Positions 13,511 to 27,240 of a stretch of DNA of 64,000 nt are shown here, one piece after another. A program made the position numbers and the translations under genes. The notes under the pieces are model-generated. The model did not search any database. It had not been told where the DNA came from and was given only the letters and a program-made list of their open reading frames with translations. Within the stretch, counting starts at the first letter, position 1. The number at the start of each line of letters is the position of its first letter. The stretch comes from Selaginella moellendorffii (Eukaryota > Plantae > Lycopodiophyta), in assembly GCF_000143415.4 (NCBI RefSeq), contig NW_003314262.1, positions 3,978,021-4,042,020 of the forward strand, given 5' to 3'.

Positions 13511-16098
13511 CAACCATTGAATGTACATAAGTTAAGGGCATTCTTGGGGCTATGCAACTACTACCGAAAGTTTATTAAACACTATTCGAGGGTAACCTTG
13601 CCTTTAACGGACCAAATGGGAAAAGGGAAAATGGTATGGATAGCGGAATGCGAGGCAGCATTTGTCCACCTCAAAGGGAAGTTGAGGAAGGCTCCCGTGT
13701 TGGCATTACCAGACTTTGGTAAAGACTTTGAGGTAGAAATGGATGCTTCAAACTTTGCATTGGGTGCAATTTTGAAGCAAGAAAACCATCCAGTAGCGGT
13801 CTTCTAGAAGAAGTTGGACAAGGCTCAATGGAAGTGGCTTGCCTATGAGAAGGAATTGTTTGCAGTGGTCAAGGCGCTCAAGGAGTGGCGACACTACCTT
13901 GGGAGACACTTCAAGGTTTACACGGACAATGTGGCAACAAAACACTTCTTGTCACAGCCCGACTTGAGAGGGAAACAGGGTCGATGGGCCAATGCTTTGG
14001 CCGAGTTTGATTGCGAGATTCTGTACAAGCTTGGGAAGAGCAACATCGTGGCAGATGCGCTAAGTTGAAAAACGAGCTTGAAGTTGGTAATATCCAACGC
14101 GACAGCAACCTTTTGGGATGATGTGCGGACAGCATATGAGAACAATGGTCTAGCATAAGAAGTGTTGCTGAGGAATTTGAAGGCATGGGAAACTCACAAG
14201 AGAAGTGAGTTGCCAACAGAAGAGAAAACGGGCTATGCGGAACACAATGGACTTAATTATTACAAGCAAACGAGGGTGTATGTTCCAGAAGGGGAACTAA
14301 GGAAGGTAGCTTTAGAAGAGTGTCATGACGGACTTCTTGCGGGACATGGCGGAGTGCCCAAGATGATGGGCTTACTCAAGAAGAAGTACCACTGGCCAGA
14401 TATGGCTAAGGATGTCCAAGACTATGTAAAGACATATCCAAAATGTCAACAGGTCAAAGCCGTGACTAAGGCTAGTGGGGGTTTGTTACAAAGCATCCCA
14501 ATTCCAGATCGTCCGTGGAAATGTCTTATGATGGACTTCATCACGGGACTCCCCCCAAGCGAAGGGTTTGATGCGATATTCGTGGTGGTGGACCGATTTT
14601 CGAAGATGGCACATTTCATACCCACCACAATGGAAGTGGATGCGGAAGGTGTGGCAAAGACGTTCTTCAAACAAGTGGTTCGAGTGCGGGGAAGGCCAGA
14701 GGAGATCATCTCAGATAGAGATAAGATCTTCACCAGTAGGTTCTGGAGAACTCTCCTGGAACAATATCGCACCAAGTTGAAATTCAGCACAGTCTATCAC
14801 CCATAAACAGGTATTGAGTATTAAGTCAAGTTGGATGGCACGAACACTTCTTAACAGATGGACAAACGGAAAGGGTGAATAGGCAGCTAGAGGATTATTT
14901 GCGATGCTATGTTTCTGGAGACTAAATCAATTGAGTAAGTCATTTGGGACTTGCGGAAATGTGTTATAACAACTCACCACATTCGAGTATCAGGGTGAGT
15001 CCATGGGAAGTCATCAATGGGCAAGCAATTGAAGGTCTTGTGAAATTCGGCGTGGCTGAGTATCATGGAGAGTTACCCACAGTGGAGGCATTTGCGGCGG
15101 AAAGACTCAACATCTGGAATCTAGTGAGGGATTCCTTGGAACGAGCTTAACAAAAGCAAACCAAGTATGCGAACCCGAAGCGCCAAGATGTAGAGTTCCA
15201 AGCTGGGGAGAAGGTGTGGCTGAACACCAAGAACCTCAGGCTGCCAAATGGGATCAGCCGGAAGTTGACCCAAAGGTAAGATGCATGTATTCCTAGAAAT
15301 GAACTGATCTTGAGTTCCTTAAGTTGATTTGCAGGGCCTTACAAGATTGAGGCACGAATTGGTAAAGTGGCTTATCGCCTCCGACTTCCTCGAGAGATGG
15401 GGAAAATGCACCTAGTGTTCCATGCGAACCTACTCGAGCCGTACTTTGAGGATCCGCTTCGCAAGGACCAAGTGAGACCTTTACCTAAGGTTATCCAAGG
15501 GGAAGAGGAATACGAAGTGGAGGCCATTCTCAATGCGCGCAAGAGCAAGTGACAAAGACACGAGGTGAGAGAGTTCCATGTGAAGTGGAAAGGATTTCCA
15601 CACTACGAAGTAACATAAGAATTGAAGGAGAACCTAGCGAACGCGTGAGATTTAGTGAAGGAATTTCTACAAGGCAGAACTCTATGTACTTATGCAAAGT
15701 TCAATTAAAGTACCAATTTGTGAAGTTGAGCAATGGCATATGTTGGGACCCAAAGGTGCGTCGAAGGTAAGCTAATTAGTATGGGTTAGCTAGGTCAACC
15801 AGGCATAGAGAACTACACCCGACTCCCTACGGGGATGTCGAATCTGTAAACATATTACGGAGGTTGGGTTCAAGTCCCAACCCTCTAGTAAAGCAAGACT
15901 GGGTTCAAGTCCTGACCCCATACTAGGGTGTGGTGAGGTGAGGGGTATAGGGACACCTATACTCTGTTATCATGGGCTCTTGGCTGGGGAAGCTAACTTA
16001 GGCACACCGCTAAGTGGAAGGATGCCCCCGGAGACATGGTCAACAAGTTGTAGGATAAAACGAGACGTTCATCGAACTTCTTCTATGGGTGGTGGAGT

Positions 16099-17249
16099 TG
16101 TAAGGAACCAACTCCCCGAGGTGTCATAGGCTAAAGGATCCCCGAAAGCATGACCAAAATGACAAAGAGTTCATTGGATGGGACCGAGTCTGAGATCGAG
16201 TCCAAGATCGACTCTGATACTGAATTCGAGAGAGAGTCGGGATTGAGCCCAAGGTCAAATCAGAGACCGAGTTTGAGACTGAGTTCAAGACCGAGTTCGA
16301 GACAGAGTCTGAGATCCGAATTGGGTCCAAGACCGAGTCCGAGATCAAGTCCGAAGTCAAGTTCGAGATCGGGTCCGAGATTGAGTCCGAGACTGAGTCC
16401 AAAGTCGGGTCCGAGATCAAGTCTGAGATCGAGTCTGAGACTGAGTCCAAATACTAATACAGGTCAAGGGGTGAAAGCCCAAAGCATGCGTCTCCCGGGG
16501 GGGCGGGGGGGGCTGCAGGGGGTTCCAAAAGAGTATAGTAGGGATAGTGAGGTCTAGGAACCAGTCTTGAAGGAACTCTCTAGTGGTGCTTCCAAATTGA
16601 TTTGAGGTTGAAACTGAGGCCGAGGGGCCTTGAGTGGGAGTGAGCATGGACTCGAGTGGTGCCAGAGGGGCCACCCAAGGAAGTGCTCAAGAACAGCTCC
16701 CACTCCCAAAAGGGAAACCGACTGCGGTGCTCCTGGCTCATGTGGAGTGGTGCCCCACTTGAGTACCTTGTGGCTCATTGGTCCTCACCCTTTCTAGGGG
16801 TTTGGACCTCCCCTTTGGGATGGAAGTGGGGGGGTAGAGGTACCCATACTGGGCCGTTAGGACACAGTGTTTTGCCCCGGTGTCCCGAAGCAAGTGTTGC
16901 ACCCAAAGCTTGGGATTTAGAAGGTCCCATGATCAAATCTTGTTGTACCAAGGGATGTTAGGAACCTAGAGGCTTGGTGTGCTTGGCTGCTTGTGCCTAT
17001 AGGGAGTGTAGCCGAACCTTAAGTCAAGTCTAACCCGGGGAGGGGGATTGGGAGAGATTTGGAAATCTGTGGATGGATGGCTAACACTCCGTTGTTCGTG
17101 CAGTGAGTAGCTGAAATCAAGTAGGACCAAGTAGGAGCTGGTACAATAGGCAGGAATCTTAGTGAAGGAACTTAGCAAAAGCCAAGGCAGTGTTGGTCGG
17201 ATATACAAGGTAAGTTGGCAAATTGGAAAGGAAAAATTTGTAGCTTACA
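16099..17249 (+). repeat. 3' LTR of family X element
   Basis: tgtaaggaacc...tagcttaca, homologous to 11959-13110. Preceded by a PPT. The flanks (ggagt/ctact) are not a TSD. Confidence 0.88.
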
Positions 17250-19707
17250 CTACTCTTGCTCTTACTCCTACTCCTCCTACACCTCAGTTGCAATTGTGGG
17301 CATTTTGAGAGAGGGAGAGAATATTCCAATTCTTGGAATATTTCAAATGGTTGTATAAAAGCCCCTCGAGGGTGAAATATCAAGATTTCTGTGCTTTGTG
17401 TCTTGAGCTAGAGCATGGAGAGAGAGAGAGAGAACTTAAGACATGAGCAAAGCTATAAAGAGGAGGATTGAGGTGCCACACCTCAACATAGTGAACCTAG
17501 CATGACACGCACCTTCTTCTTTTCTAGAGCATTTTTTGATTGATGGAGAGGATCCACAAGATTTAGAGTGGTGATCCTGGAGAGAGGGATAGACTAGATG
17601 TAATAGAAATTACCCCCATGGAGATATTTTTGAGTGGAAATGAGATTTCATAATTCAAAGCTATAGCATGTAGCACAAGTTGTTAGTCAAATTTTCTCTT
17701 TTGTCTTTGATCCATTTTAGGGGCTCTTTCTTTGGTGTGTAGATTTCGAACTTATATTTCCAACAAGTAGAAGTGCTTGCGATTTGGTGGAGGGACGAAG
17801 GACTTCTCACTATTTTTCTTTTAGTTTTTATTCCTTTTCCTACACAAATATTCTTTCAATTTTGGGGAGAGATTGTACCAATTTGTTTGATGACCAATTT
17901 GTTTGATGGGCTCTTAAATCTTGCTAAGAGCTATTTGAGAGTGGTTTCTTAGAGGCTAATTCATTGGAAACTGTGACATGCATGCATTTTTCTTTCAGCA
18001 CGTGAATATAATTTGGTGTGGAATATTTGCACAATGAGAACTCTCTTCATTTTGTGCATCTTTGTAAGATCTTTCTTTTAAGTGGTCTTAATACATGAAT
18101 AGAGCTACCTATTATCCAGATTTATGCATTTCCATAGTTTCTTGCCAATTATGCATTAGTTTCTTTCTTCCCTATACTATGATAATTTTTAAGTGCCAAT
18201 TTCTTGAGTGTCTAAAGTCCATTTTCATTGCTGTTTGTTGCACCATATGTGCCTTGCTTTACTTTTTCTTTTGAGTTATGACTTCAATATTTTCATGGAG
18301 TTTTGAGCTAGATTTGAGTCATTTTCTCTATTGCCATGTGATAAGTTGCATGCTTCTCTAGCACATAAAGCCTTTCCTTTTCTCACAATCCCTTGCATTA
18401 GGATTGTAGATCCTTTTATGATCTATCATTCCGAAGTTGAATCATCCAGTTTAGTGCCCAATCCCATGAGATTTTTCTATTCTTCACTAGCTTTTATCCT
18501 TGTTTCAACATGATCATTGTTTTTGGGAGTTTTTCTCCCATCTTGCACTCGGCTTTTGCAAATCTTTTGCTTGAGGAGGATGACCTAATTTCTTAGGCCA
18601 ACATCAAGCCACTTTTTAGGTGATTCCATCCATCATAGCAGGAGTTCCTAGCAAAAAAGCACAACATTTGTTTCTTTTGGAGATATCTCAACAGTTTTAT
18701 GTTTCTTGGAGTTTGTGATGTTTATGGCTTTTTTGTTTGGTTATGAGCTTTGTCTAGGGCATTTAGGGATAATTCAACTTGCTAGATTCCAGATTTGGGT
18801 ATTTGTAGTGATTTGAATATTTTATGCCAGTGACAACACGTTCACAATCACCTGGAGGATCCATTTAAAAAGCACCAAGTCCACCGGCAAGTTTTCATGT
18901 TTAAGGTGAGAGCTAAATTTCCACTAATTCATCTTAGACGAGGAGGATTTATTAGATCCAACAAATAACTTGTTTGGAGATTTACAATAGCTAGTAGAGA
19001 TGGCTAATTTAGTCTATATCCTATGGTAGGGTGTGGATTTACCTCTCCACACCAGGAGCTTCATTAGCACAGAGTCATAAAGTAGAATTTGAGGTCTTTT
19101 GTGACTCAAATGAAATCATGGCGGATGTGGGAAGTGCAACCACTTCCTTCGATCAATGCATGGACAAGCTTGGTTTTGGGCAAAGTCACTCTTGGATATA
19201 GAGAAGGAACAATACACAAAGGTGAAGAGGCTTTTCCTTAAAATGTTTGAATAAGAGAAGGATCTCTAACAACTCCACACTGAGCTCTTTTCTTTCTGGC
19301 AAGCACTATATGAGTTTGTTGTCAAGTATATTTGGCAATTCAAGCAACACTAGAAGCTATGCCTCACTCAAATCTCATACCTTATAAAGACAATTGTGGT
19401 TGCTGCCTTTGTCCAGGGGCTGAAGCCACTCATCCAACACAAACTTCTCAAGCGTAAACATACCAAGTGTTGTCCAACTTTTGAGCATGTCAAGAAGCTT
19501 GAGAAGGAGTTTTTCCTCACTCTAGGTATCTCCCAAGTTGCCCAGTCTCCATCCAGCCACCTCCTTGAGCATCCAATTGCAGCGGTTTCTCACCAACTTA
19601 CATTTAGAGTCATAGAAGATAGATTGCCACTAGTGTTGGAATCTGCCATTACAAAATTTCACCAATACAAAGACCTCTTGCACTAGCAATAGTAGCTGAC
19701 TGCCATT

Positions 19708-21028
19708 TGTGAGACAAAAATCCTTAAGCCCCAAAGTGAAGCCAAAAGGGCACCACGTGGTGGTGGCTGAAGCAAAAGCCAAACAAGTGTAATAAGTTTG
19801 GATTGAAAGCTTCGACTTGAAAGGTCGAGAGCGGGAGTGGAACTCCCAACGAAGTGCTCAAGGAACAAGCACGAAGTGAGCAATAAGTGAGTCTCTAAAA
19901 AAGGGACACAAGAGGACCAACACATGACACGTGGAGGAGTCTGAGATGAACCCAAGATGGAGTCTGAGATGGACCCAAGGTGGACTCGAGATGGAGTCCG
20001 AGATGGACCCGAGATGGACCAGAGATAGAGTCTGAGATGGACCCGAGATGGAGTCCAACATAGAGTCCGAGGTGGACTCGAGGTGGACTCAAGATGGAGT
20101 CTGAGATGGATCCGAGGTGGACCCGAGATAGAGTCCGAGATGGACCTGAGATGGAGTCCGAGATGGGCCCAAGATGGAGTCTGAGATGGAACCAGGATCG
20201 AGATCGAGACCGAGACCGAGACTGAGACTGAGTTCGTGTCTGAAACCGAGGCTGCAACCGAGACCAAGTCCAAGTTTGAGTCCGAATACTAATATAGGTT
20301 GTTGGGTGAAAGCCCAAAGCGATCATCCCCCGGGGGGGGGGGGGGGGGGGGCTGCAAGGGGTTCCAAAAGTATAGTAGGGAGAGTGTGGGGGTTGGAGCC
20401 TAGTGGAGCCAGTTTGGCCTAGGAAGGCTGTACCCAGGTGTTGGGTGATGAGCTGACCACTGAGAAGTTCAAGACTAGAGTGCATACAGACTGACAAGCG
20501 GGGTAGCTTGGTGAAGTGTTCAAGAGCCGGCTCTAGTTCCCCCGAGAGATCGAATGGTCGATGCTCCCAATCCAAGTGTGGGTGGCACTACTTTCTTGGA
20601 TACCGGGCATGGCTCAACGGGACCTCGCTCTAAGCCCATGGCTAGAGCACCCAAAGGTGGAAGGCAGGGAAAGTACTCATAAGGCCCACGTAGAGCTATG
20701 GTGTTCCGAAATGTTGTCCCAAAGTCCCAGACTGTGGAAAGGAAGAGGAGTAGCCCTTTGGTGTGGTGACCAAGGATACAGACACACAGTGAGGAAGTCC
20801 CAGAGGACAGTGGGACTTAGTGGTCAAGCCTGTGGGCCTTAATCTAGTGGCAGTGTTGGCAAACACAGCCATGGACAAAAAGGGATTTGGTGGGGACTGG
20901 AACGGAGATATTGGGGAAGGCTATTCCCCATATCTATAGGCATGAGGGAGGTTGTGAGTGAGATTTCTCCTAGTGGTCGGAGAGGTGGTTAAGTGACTAA
21001 TGTAGAATGGAAAAATTAGTCGCTTATA
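19708..21028 (+). mobile_element. Solo LTR, family Y (internally deleted)
   Basis: Reverse-complement homologue of 8500-10074. Exact TSD ccatt (19703-19707/21029-21033). Confidence 0.9.
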
Positions 21029-21371
21029 CCATTCTCAATGAACTTAAGGCATTGAGACTTTGGCAAAAAGATACAACGTCAAGACGACCCTATTATTGGT
21101 GTACCCATTGCAAGACCAATACATACTCAATAGAATGGTGTTATCGCCTCCATTTAGAGCTTTGACCTCCCAAGAGCCAACATGTCTGAAAGTATCCCAT
21201 TGTTGATAACTCTACACTTTGGCCACCTCCAGATGGATATCAACAGTAACTCCAACAACATGTAATTGAAGCTGCCCCATCAGCTCTCCATGTAGCAAGA
21301 CTCAATTGTTTAACAAGTACCAAATCCAACCATTGCATGCAAGTTACCCTTTAAGTCGACATTTGCTAGAT

Positions 21372-22331
21372 TATAGTACACGTGGTTTTACCCTTTATCC
21401 TACGGTGATTTACTATAGGATAACAGCATAAAGTAGAACCTAAACCCTCTATATGCCATGTGTTATATACTATATGTCAAATGCCACATGTCCATAGGAT
21501 AGTGGTGTGGAACTTGAGGTTCAGGGCATTGAGCCACTGAATAAAGGAACGGTACCAAACTCCTAAACATGGAGCTAAAGAGTGACGAAACCATACCATA
21601 TGGCAACTTTCGAGCATATAGCCCAAGGAGTGAAAGGATAGGAGCCTAGAGCAATTTGGAATAGTCCTAGAGCAATCAGCATCCCAATGCCAGAACTAGC
21701 ACGCAAAACGGAGCCAAACGGAGCCAAATGGAGTCTGGTGCTATTTCGGCATACCAGTGGCCTAATGCAAGGACATGGGTACTCCACTAGCTAGCATGGT
21801 GTAGAACTTGGGTTTAGACCCAAGCCGGACGCAGAACAAGGATAAGCACACAAAAGGGAGTTAGTATCTTTAGATTGCAAATTTAGACATGGGACGAACA
21901 CCATTGTGTTTAGGACAATCTTTACATTTCATAAACATGCCAAATGAGCGAATATAGACACTTTCCATAATTAGTATTTGGGACCGAAATAAAACTAACA
22001 TAAAGGGCATGATAGTGAGGGTGTTTAGTAGACACAATAAACTATCATTTAGTGAATATTGTAAAACCAATATCAATATTGTGGGGGTTCTTGATACTAG
22101 CAAGTGCAAGCCAATGACACAAGTTTCTCAAACCAGGCCAAGTATGGTTAGCAAGAAACACATAGGGTTCCTACCTTTATATTTATCCAATTTAAATGCA
22201 TATTCATTGGCCAGTTTCTCAACTAGCTCAAGTGGAAATTAATAACAGGTCCAACAATACCAACCTCTTGCCGTCGTGGTAGTGGACTGTCCGACAGGTA
22301 ACTTTCGATACTTGAAGTCACATTTGCAATA
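21372..22331 (-). mobile_element. Solo LTR, family V
   Basis: TSD tagat on both sides. Inverted homology to 26578-27240 and to 37817-38534 plus 45097-45456. Confidence 0.75.
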
Positions 22332-22989
22332 TAGATCCCTTATAGTTGATGTTGGACCTTCTTTGCTCTACAGCACATCTTCTCTAGGCTTAGCTAGTAC
22401 ATCTTCCATGACTCTTACCACATCTTGAGCTCTTCCAACAAATGTCATGCAGCAACTATTGCATAGCTTAGTCACCCTTTCATTCGAACAACTTTTGCAA
22501 TCAATCCCAGGATTTGGACAGCAGCTAGAAGCTCTTGTATGTTCTAGCCAACATGTTATTCGTGCTAGAGAAGAGATCCACATTGTGGATACCACAACAA
22601 TACAAGATCTAGGACCTTTTATGGCATAAGTCACTCTAGGAGATACTATTATAGAAGAAACACTCTTAGATTTAGGATCAAGAAGTAATGTTATCTCCTT
22701 GGCATTGGCAAACTTTGTTGGGTTATAGATGCAAAAAAACACAACCAGCATCCTTAAAACCTTTGTAAACCATACCATGATCTCTATGGGCATATGCCAC
22801 TAAGGGTTGATATCAATCCAAGGGATCTCATTGCTGGTGGATTTCATGGTGGTGGACTTACAGCATGTGAACTCCCACTCCCTTACCAATCTTATCATCT
22901 TGGGATGCATATGGCACCTCCAAGTAGATGTGGAGAAGTAATAGAAGCAGGGAATGATGCAAATTAGTGATCACATCAAAATGACTAAG

Positions 22990-23370
22990 CTGTACTATAC
23001 CCATGGCCACTCCTTGCACAAGACTACTACTTCTACTAGTGTTGGCTATGGCTGCTTCTTGAGGATAGCTTTGTAAACTCTCACTCGACAATAGTTGGAA
23101 ATGACTCAAATCACTCATAAGTCACTGTGAAAAGCCTACTAGCTGGAAGGTACCCATAGAGGATGCTTGCAATGTTGCCCAATCTGTTGTTGTTGGAACT
23201 TGAGCCATCCATTTTGTAGCTATGCTCTGTAATGTGGCTGGTAAAAGTTTCTTGCAATCTGTTGCATCTACCTTGTCATTTTCTATGGATGTATTCTCGA
23301 ACACTATCACATGGGCATCTAGATCTCCCATACCATTGAAGATGGTATACTTCATCTTTGTCGTTGCCAT
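22990..23370 (-). pseudogene. Retrotransposon gag N-terminal fragment
   Basis: KYTIFNGMGDLDAHVIVFE...LPATLQSIATKW...DWATLQ is a retrotransposon gag pattern. Confidence 0.6.
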
Positions 23371-23913
23371 ATTCCCTATTTGTTGTTGTTGAGGTTGTTG
23401 TACTTGTTGGATTGGTGGCTGCTACTGCTACTCTACTAGCTGTTGCTGTAGTGGTGACAACTGGAGCTCCTGCCACTCATCCTCTTGTTCTTGATTGTTC
23501 TCTTACTTATTAATAGGACTGCTTGGCCAAGGATTTGCACTCCTCGCTCTTGGACTCTCGGGATCATAAACTAGTGGTAGATTTCTCACAAGAATTCTTG
23601 CCTCTCTCTCACATCTTTTCTTCACTTGTCTTTCCTCTCACTCTCACGCTTTTACAAGTCTCACCAAGTACTCTTGACTTTTTTTATTTATACACTAGAA
23701 AGGAATGGCTTTGATCTGGTGAGGGTAGCCCAACTTCTCCTAGCGCTCACCCTTCCACCACAATCTCCACGCTTGCTTTCGCTTCCAGCTAGTGCACCAA
23801 AAGATGTCACTCCTTGTGATGACACACCAGCGAAGTGGAAAATCACTACTGCCTAAACTAATCCCCAGCCTCCATTGGCAACCTCTGCTAAAACCTTTAT
23901 TAAAATCTCTACT

Positions 23914-24013
23914 NNNNNNNNNNNNNNNNNNNNNNNNNNNNNNNNNNNNNNNNNNNNNNNNNNNNNNNNNNNNNNNNNNNNNNNNNNNNNNNNNNNNNNN
24001 NNNNNNNNNNNNN
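23914..24013. other. Assembly gap (100 N)
   Basis: Run of N. Adjacency across it is unverified. Confidence 1.
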
Positions 24014-24100
24014 CATCTCACTCAATCTTAACTTTAATAATGTTAATATCAAAGCATCATTTCAATGCCATTAACACCATAACAAAACTAATGAATTAAT

Positions 24101-25583
24101 TGTAAGCAACTAAATTTTCCATTTTACTTTAGTCACTTAACCACACCTTCGACTACCTTGGAGTGGGTCTTACTCCCAACCTCCATAAATCTTATTTTTG
24201 ACTTGGGGATATATTAACCCTGTGAATAGCATCTATGCCACTTAGCCTTTGCACTTTGTCTAAGTGCTCCATGTGTGTGATCCCATGACTAACACTCCAA
24301 AGGTACCACTAACATATCAACGCGTTACACTAAGGCTATTTTCAATCACTTTCATCTCATTAGTAGTCCAAGACCACCCATACCACAAACCTATCTCCCA
24401 AAATCTAGGCCATCTAACCACAAGTGGTCATCCTCTAACCACATCTTAGCACCCTTAGGATGTCTAGAGATATGGGGAACACCCTTCCCCAATATCCCTC
24501 CATCAGTGCCCACCAAGTCCCACTTTATCCTTAGCAGTGCTTGCCAATACTACCATTGAGCTAGGGTCTGAAGGCTTGGCTACTAAGTCCCATTGACTTC
24601 TGGGACTTCTTCACCACGTGACTATATTTTTGGTCACTACACAAGAGGATTGTTCCTTTTCCTTTCCATAGTTTTGAACTCTAAAATAATATTTTAGAAC
24701 ATTGTGGCCTTATGTGAGCATCATGGGTACTCTCCCCACCTTCTGCTTTTGGGTGCCCTAGCCATAGGGCTAGAGCAAGGTTCCATTAAGCCACACTAAG
24801 TATTTAAGTAAGTAGTGCCACCCACACTTGGATTAGGAGTATTGACCATTCAACCTTCAAGGGGAGCTAGAATTGACTCTTGAACACTTCACCAAGTTAC
24901 CCCACTTATCTGTTCATATTCACTCTAGCCCTAGACTCCTTAGTAGTTATATCATCACCCATCACATAAGTATACCCTTCCTTGGTCATATTGGCCTTTC
25001 TTGGTCAAATTGGCTCTATTGAAATTCTCCCTCTGCTATACTTTTGGAGCTCACCAAAATCCCCAAGATTTGGGAGACAATTAATTTGGGCTTTCACCCT
25101 TGGACTTGGACTCAAACTTAAACTCGGTCTCAATCTTGCTCTTGATATTGGTCTCAGTCTTGGTCTCAATCTCAGATCCAGTCTTGGTTCCCATCTTAGA
25201 CTTGACCTTGGACTCCATCTCGGGTCTATTTTGGACTCCTTCTTAAACTCCATCTTGGATTCATTTCAGACTCCATCTCGAGTCCAACTCGGACTCCATC
25301 TCAGACTCCATCTTAGACTCCTTCTCAGACTCCACCTCAAACTTGATCTTGACACTTCCACGTGTTATGTTACAGTCCTCTTTTGTTCCTTTTTTAGAGG
25401 CTAGCTTATTGATTGTTTCATGCTCTTTCTTTGAGCACTTCTTGGGAGTTCCACTCCCACTCTTGACTTTTCAAGTTAAAGTTTTTAGTCCAAATGTGTT
25501 ATGTTTGTTTAACTTATGCTTTGGCTACTATTATGTGGCACCCTTTTTGCTCCACTTTGGCATTAAGGGATTTGTGTCTCATA
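24101..25583 (-). mobile_element. Older solo LTR, family Y
   Basis: Colinear with 8500-10074 with many C>T changes. Imperfect TSD ttaat/tgaat. Confidence 0.85.
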
Positions 25584-26306
25584 TGAATCACCACTCAATA
25601 CTCTTTAGTAACCAAGTTAACTAAGGTTAAAGATATATTTTTCAATATTTAAGACCAATCCCTTAATAGTACTTAGCTACAGATAATATATCATTAAGGA
25701 ATGAATCACGACATCCAAGACTTAATGCAATCTAACACCACAAACTAAATGTAACAAAAAAATATCAATAAAGATAAGATCAAAATGCTAATATGGAAAA
25801 ACCATTTAAAGCCAATGATACAATCCTCTGCAACATCATTCAATAGCAAACCCATCACTGCTAAATCATCATCGAGTGAAGTAAATATCAATAATTCATA
25901 AAAAAGTTTATAGGTAATAATTAATTGTAAAGAAACCTAAGCTCAAGCTCCACACTGCTCTAGTCGATAGAGTACCCTCTTCCTCGCGTTAGGCCACTAG
26001 TATGCCAAAATTGTGCTAGACTTTGTCTAACACCATTTTGAATGCAAGTGTTGGATATGGGGAGCTAGTGTTCATGGGATTGTACCGAACCTTTGTTTCA
26101 TTCCGTAACAGGCTTGGAGTTCAACTCCAAATTCAGATGTGCTACAAAAACTAACAATCATTTTTCAACTTGCCTTTATAAGACTTAAACACAAAACTCT
26201 TGTCAACATGTAATATACTTGTCTAACAAGAAGGTAACATACCAAATACAACATATAAAAACTTGGACAAGTACAGATAAGATAATTACTTAAATCCAAT
26301 CTAACT

Positions 26307-26438
26307 TGTAAAAAACCAAAGAGAACATTTTGAGAGATGATCTATAGGGTTTAAATTTAAAGGGAAATGGCCCATGAACAAGAGTGCACCCCTTTTTCCA
26401 ATTGATTAAGGGTTTTAGGATATTTGGGGTTAAACATT
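26307..26438 (+). mobile_element. Truncated Cassandra LTR fragment
   Basis: Matches the first ~130 nt of the Cassandra LTR (ggcccatgaacaagagtgcaccc). Confidence 0.75.
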
Positions 26439-26577
26439 TACATGCTACATAACTGCGATAAGCTCACTAATGCATCTAACCAAACTTTAAGAATAACTAA
26501 AGAAATTAACTATGCATGATCAACACTTAGCAGAAACTAAAGTGAAGGCCATAAAATGGACTCATATAGTACGCAAC

Positions 26578-27240
26578 TGTCGCGAATGTGACTTTGGTTA
26601 TTAAAAGATACTTATCGACTAGTCCTTACGAACACTTTCTCTTTACTACCACGACAATAGAAGGTTGGTACTATTGGTTCCTTTTATGATCTTCACCCAA
26701 GCTAATTGAGAAATTGTTCATCATATATGCACTTGACTAGATGAGCATAAGGACGGAATTCCTAGTAAATGTTATTTGTCAAGTATACTTGACTTGGTTA
26801 GAGAAACTCATTCATTGACTTGTAATTGTTAGCGTTGGGAACCCCCTCGATATTGAGTCTAGTTCCTCAATACCGTTACATAATAGCTTACTGTGTCTGC
26901 CAAACACCCTTGCTGTCATGCCCTTTTTATTGGTCTCATTTCGTTCTATTGGCTAATTATGGAAAGTGTCTAGATTTGCTAATTTGGCATACATATAGAA
27001 TGTAAAATTGGGCATGAACATAATGGTGTTTATTTTGTGTCTAAATTCACAATCTAGCATCATTCCATATTTAGTAAGTTTTGAGTCAGTCTCAGAGACT
27101 AACTCTTGATATTAAGGGAAGCTTGGGGTGAAAGCCCAAAGTGTGGTGGCCTAACACAAGGAGGAGGGTACCTCACTAACTAGAGCAGCATGGAGTTTGG
27201 GCTTAAACCCAAGCTAGACACAGAACAAGGAGTGACACAG
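26578..27240 (+). mobile_element. Partial family V LTR
   Basis: Starts tgtcgcgaatgtgac. Homologous to 37817-38360. Confidence 0.65.

Larger units (their letters stand above)
8278..15690 (+). pseudogene. gag-pol of family X element (stops, frameshifts, two nested insertions)
   Basis: Gag AKSWW and CYNCGEAEHFSREC; protease ILIDTGASNNF (~10718); [13 protein letters not shown]; RNaseH DASNFALGA/EKELFAVV; integrase HGG...CQQ, MDFITGLP, IISDRD; chromodomain EEYEVEAILN...VKWKGF. Confidence 0.92.
8278..17249 (+). mobile_element. 5'-truncated Ty3/gypsy chromovirus (family X) with nested insertions
   Basis: gag-PR-RT-RH-INT-chromodomain order. PPT-like atgggtggtggagt precedes the 3' LTR at 16099-17249. 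No 5' LTR upstream of gag. Confidence 0.9.
19100..22860 (+). pseudogene. Old gypsy gag-protease remnant interrupted by solo LTRs Y and V
   Basis: VAAFVQGLKPLIQ (gag), WCTHCKT (knuckle remnant, ~21098), ETLLDLGSRSNVIS (aspartic protease, ~22657). Confidence 0.65.

Noticed and set aside
9343-20575. ORFs rich in ESE/PRW/SDSIS repeats (9343-9917, 12010-12312, 16124-16557, 19683-20575)
   Set aside because: Products of the 6/12-bp arrays in LTRs X and Y, open in several frames on both strands.
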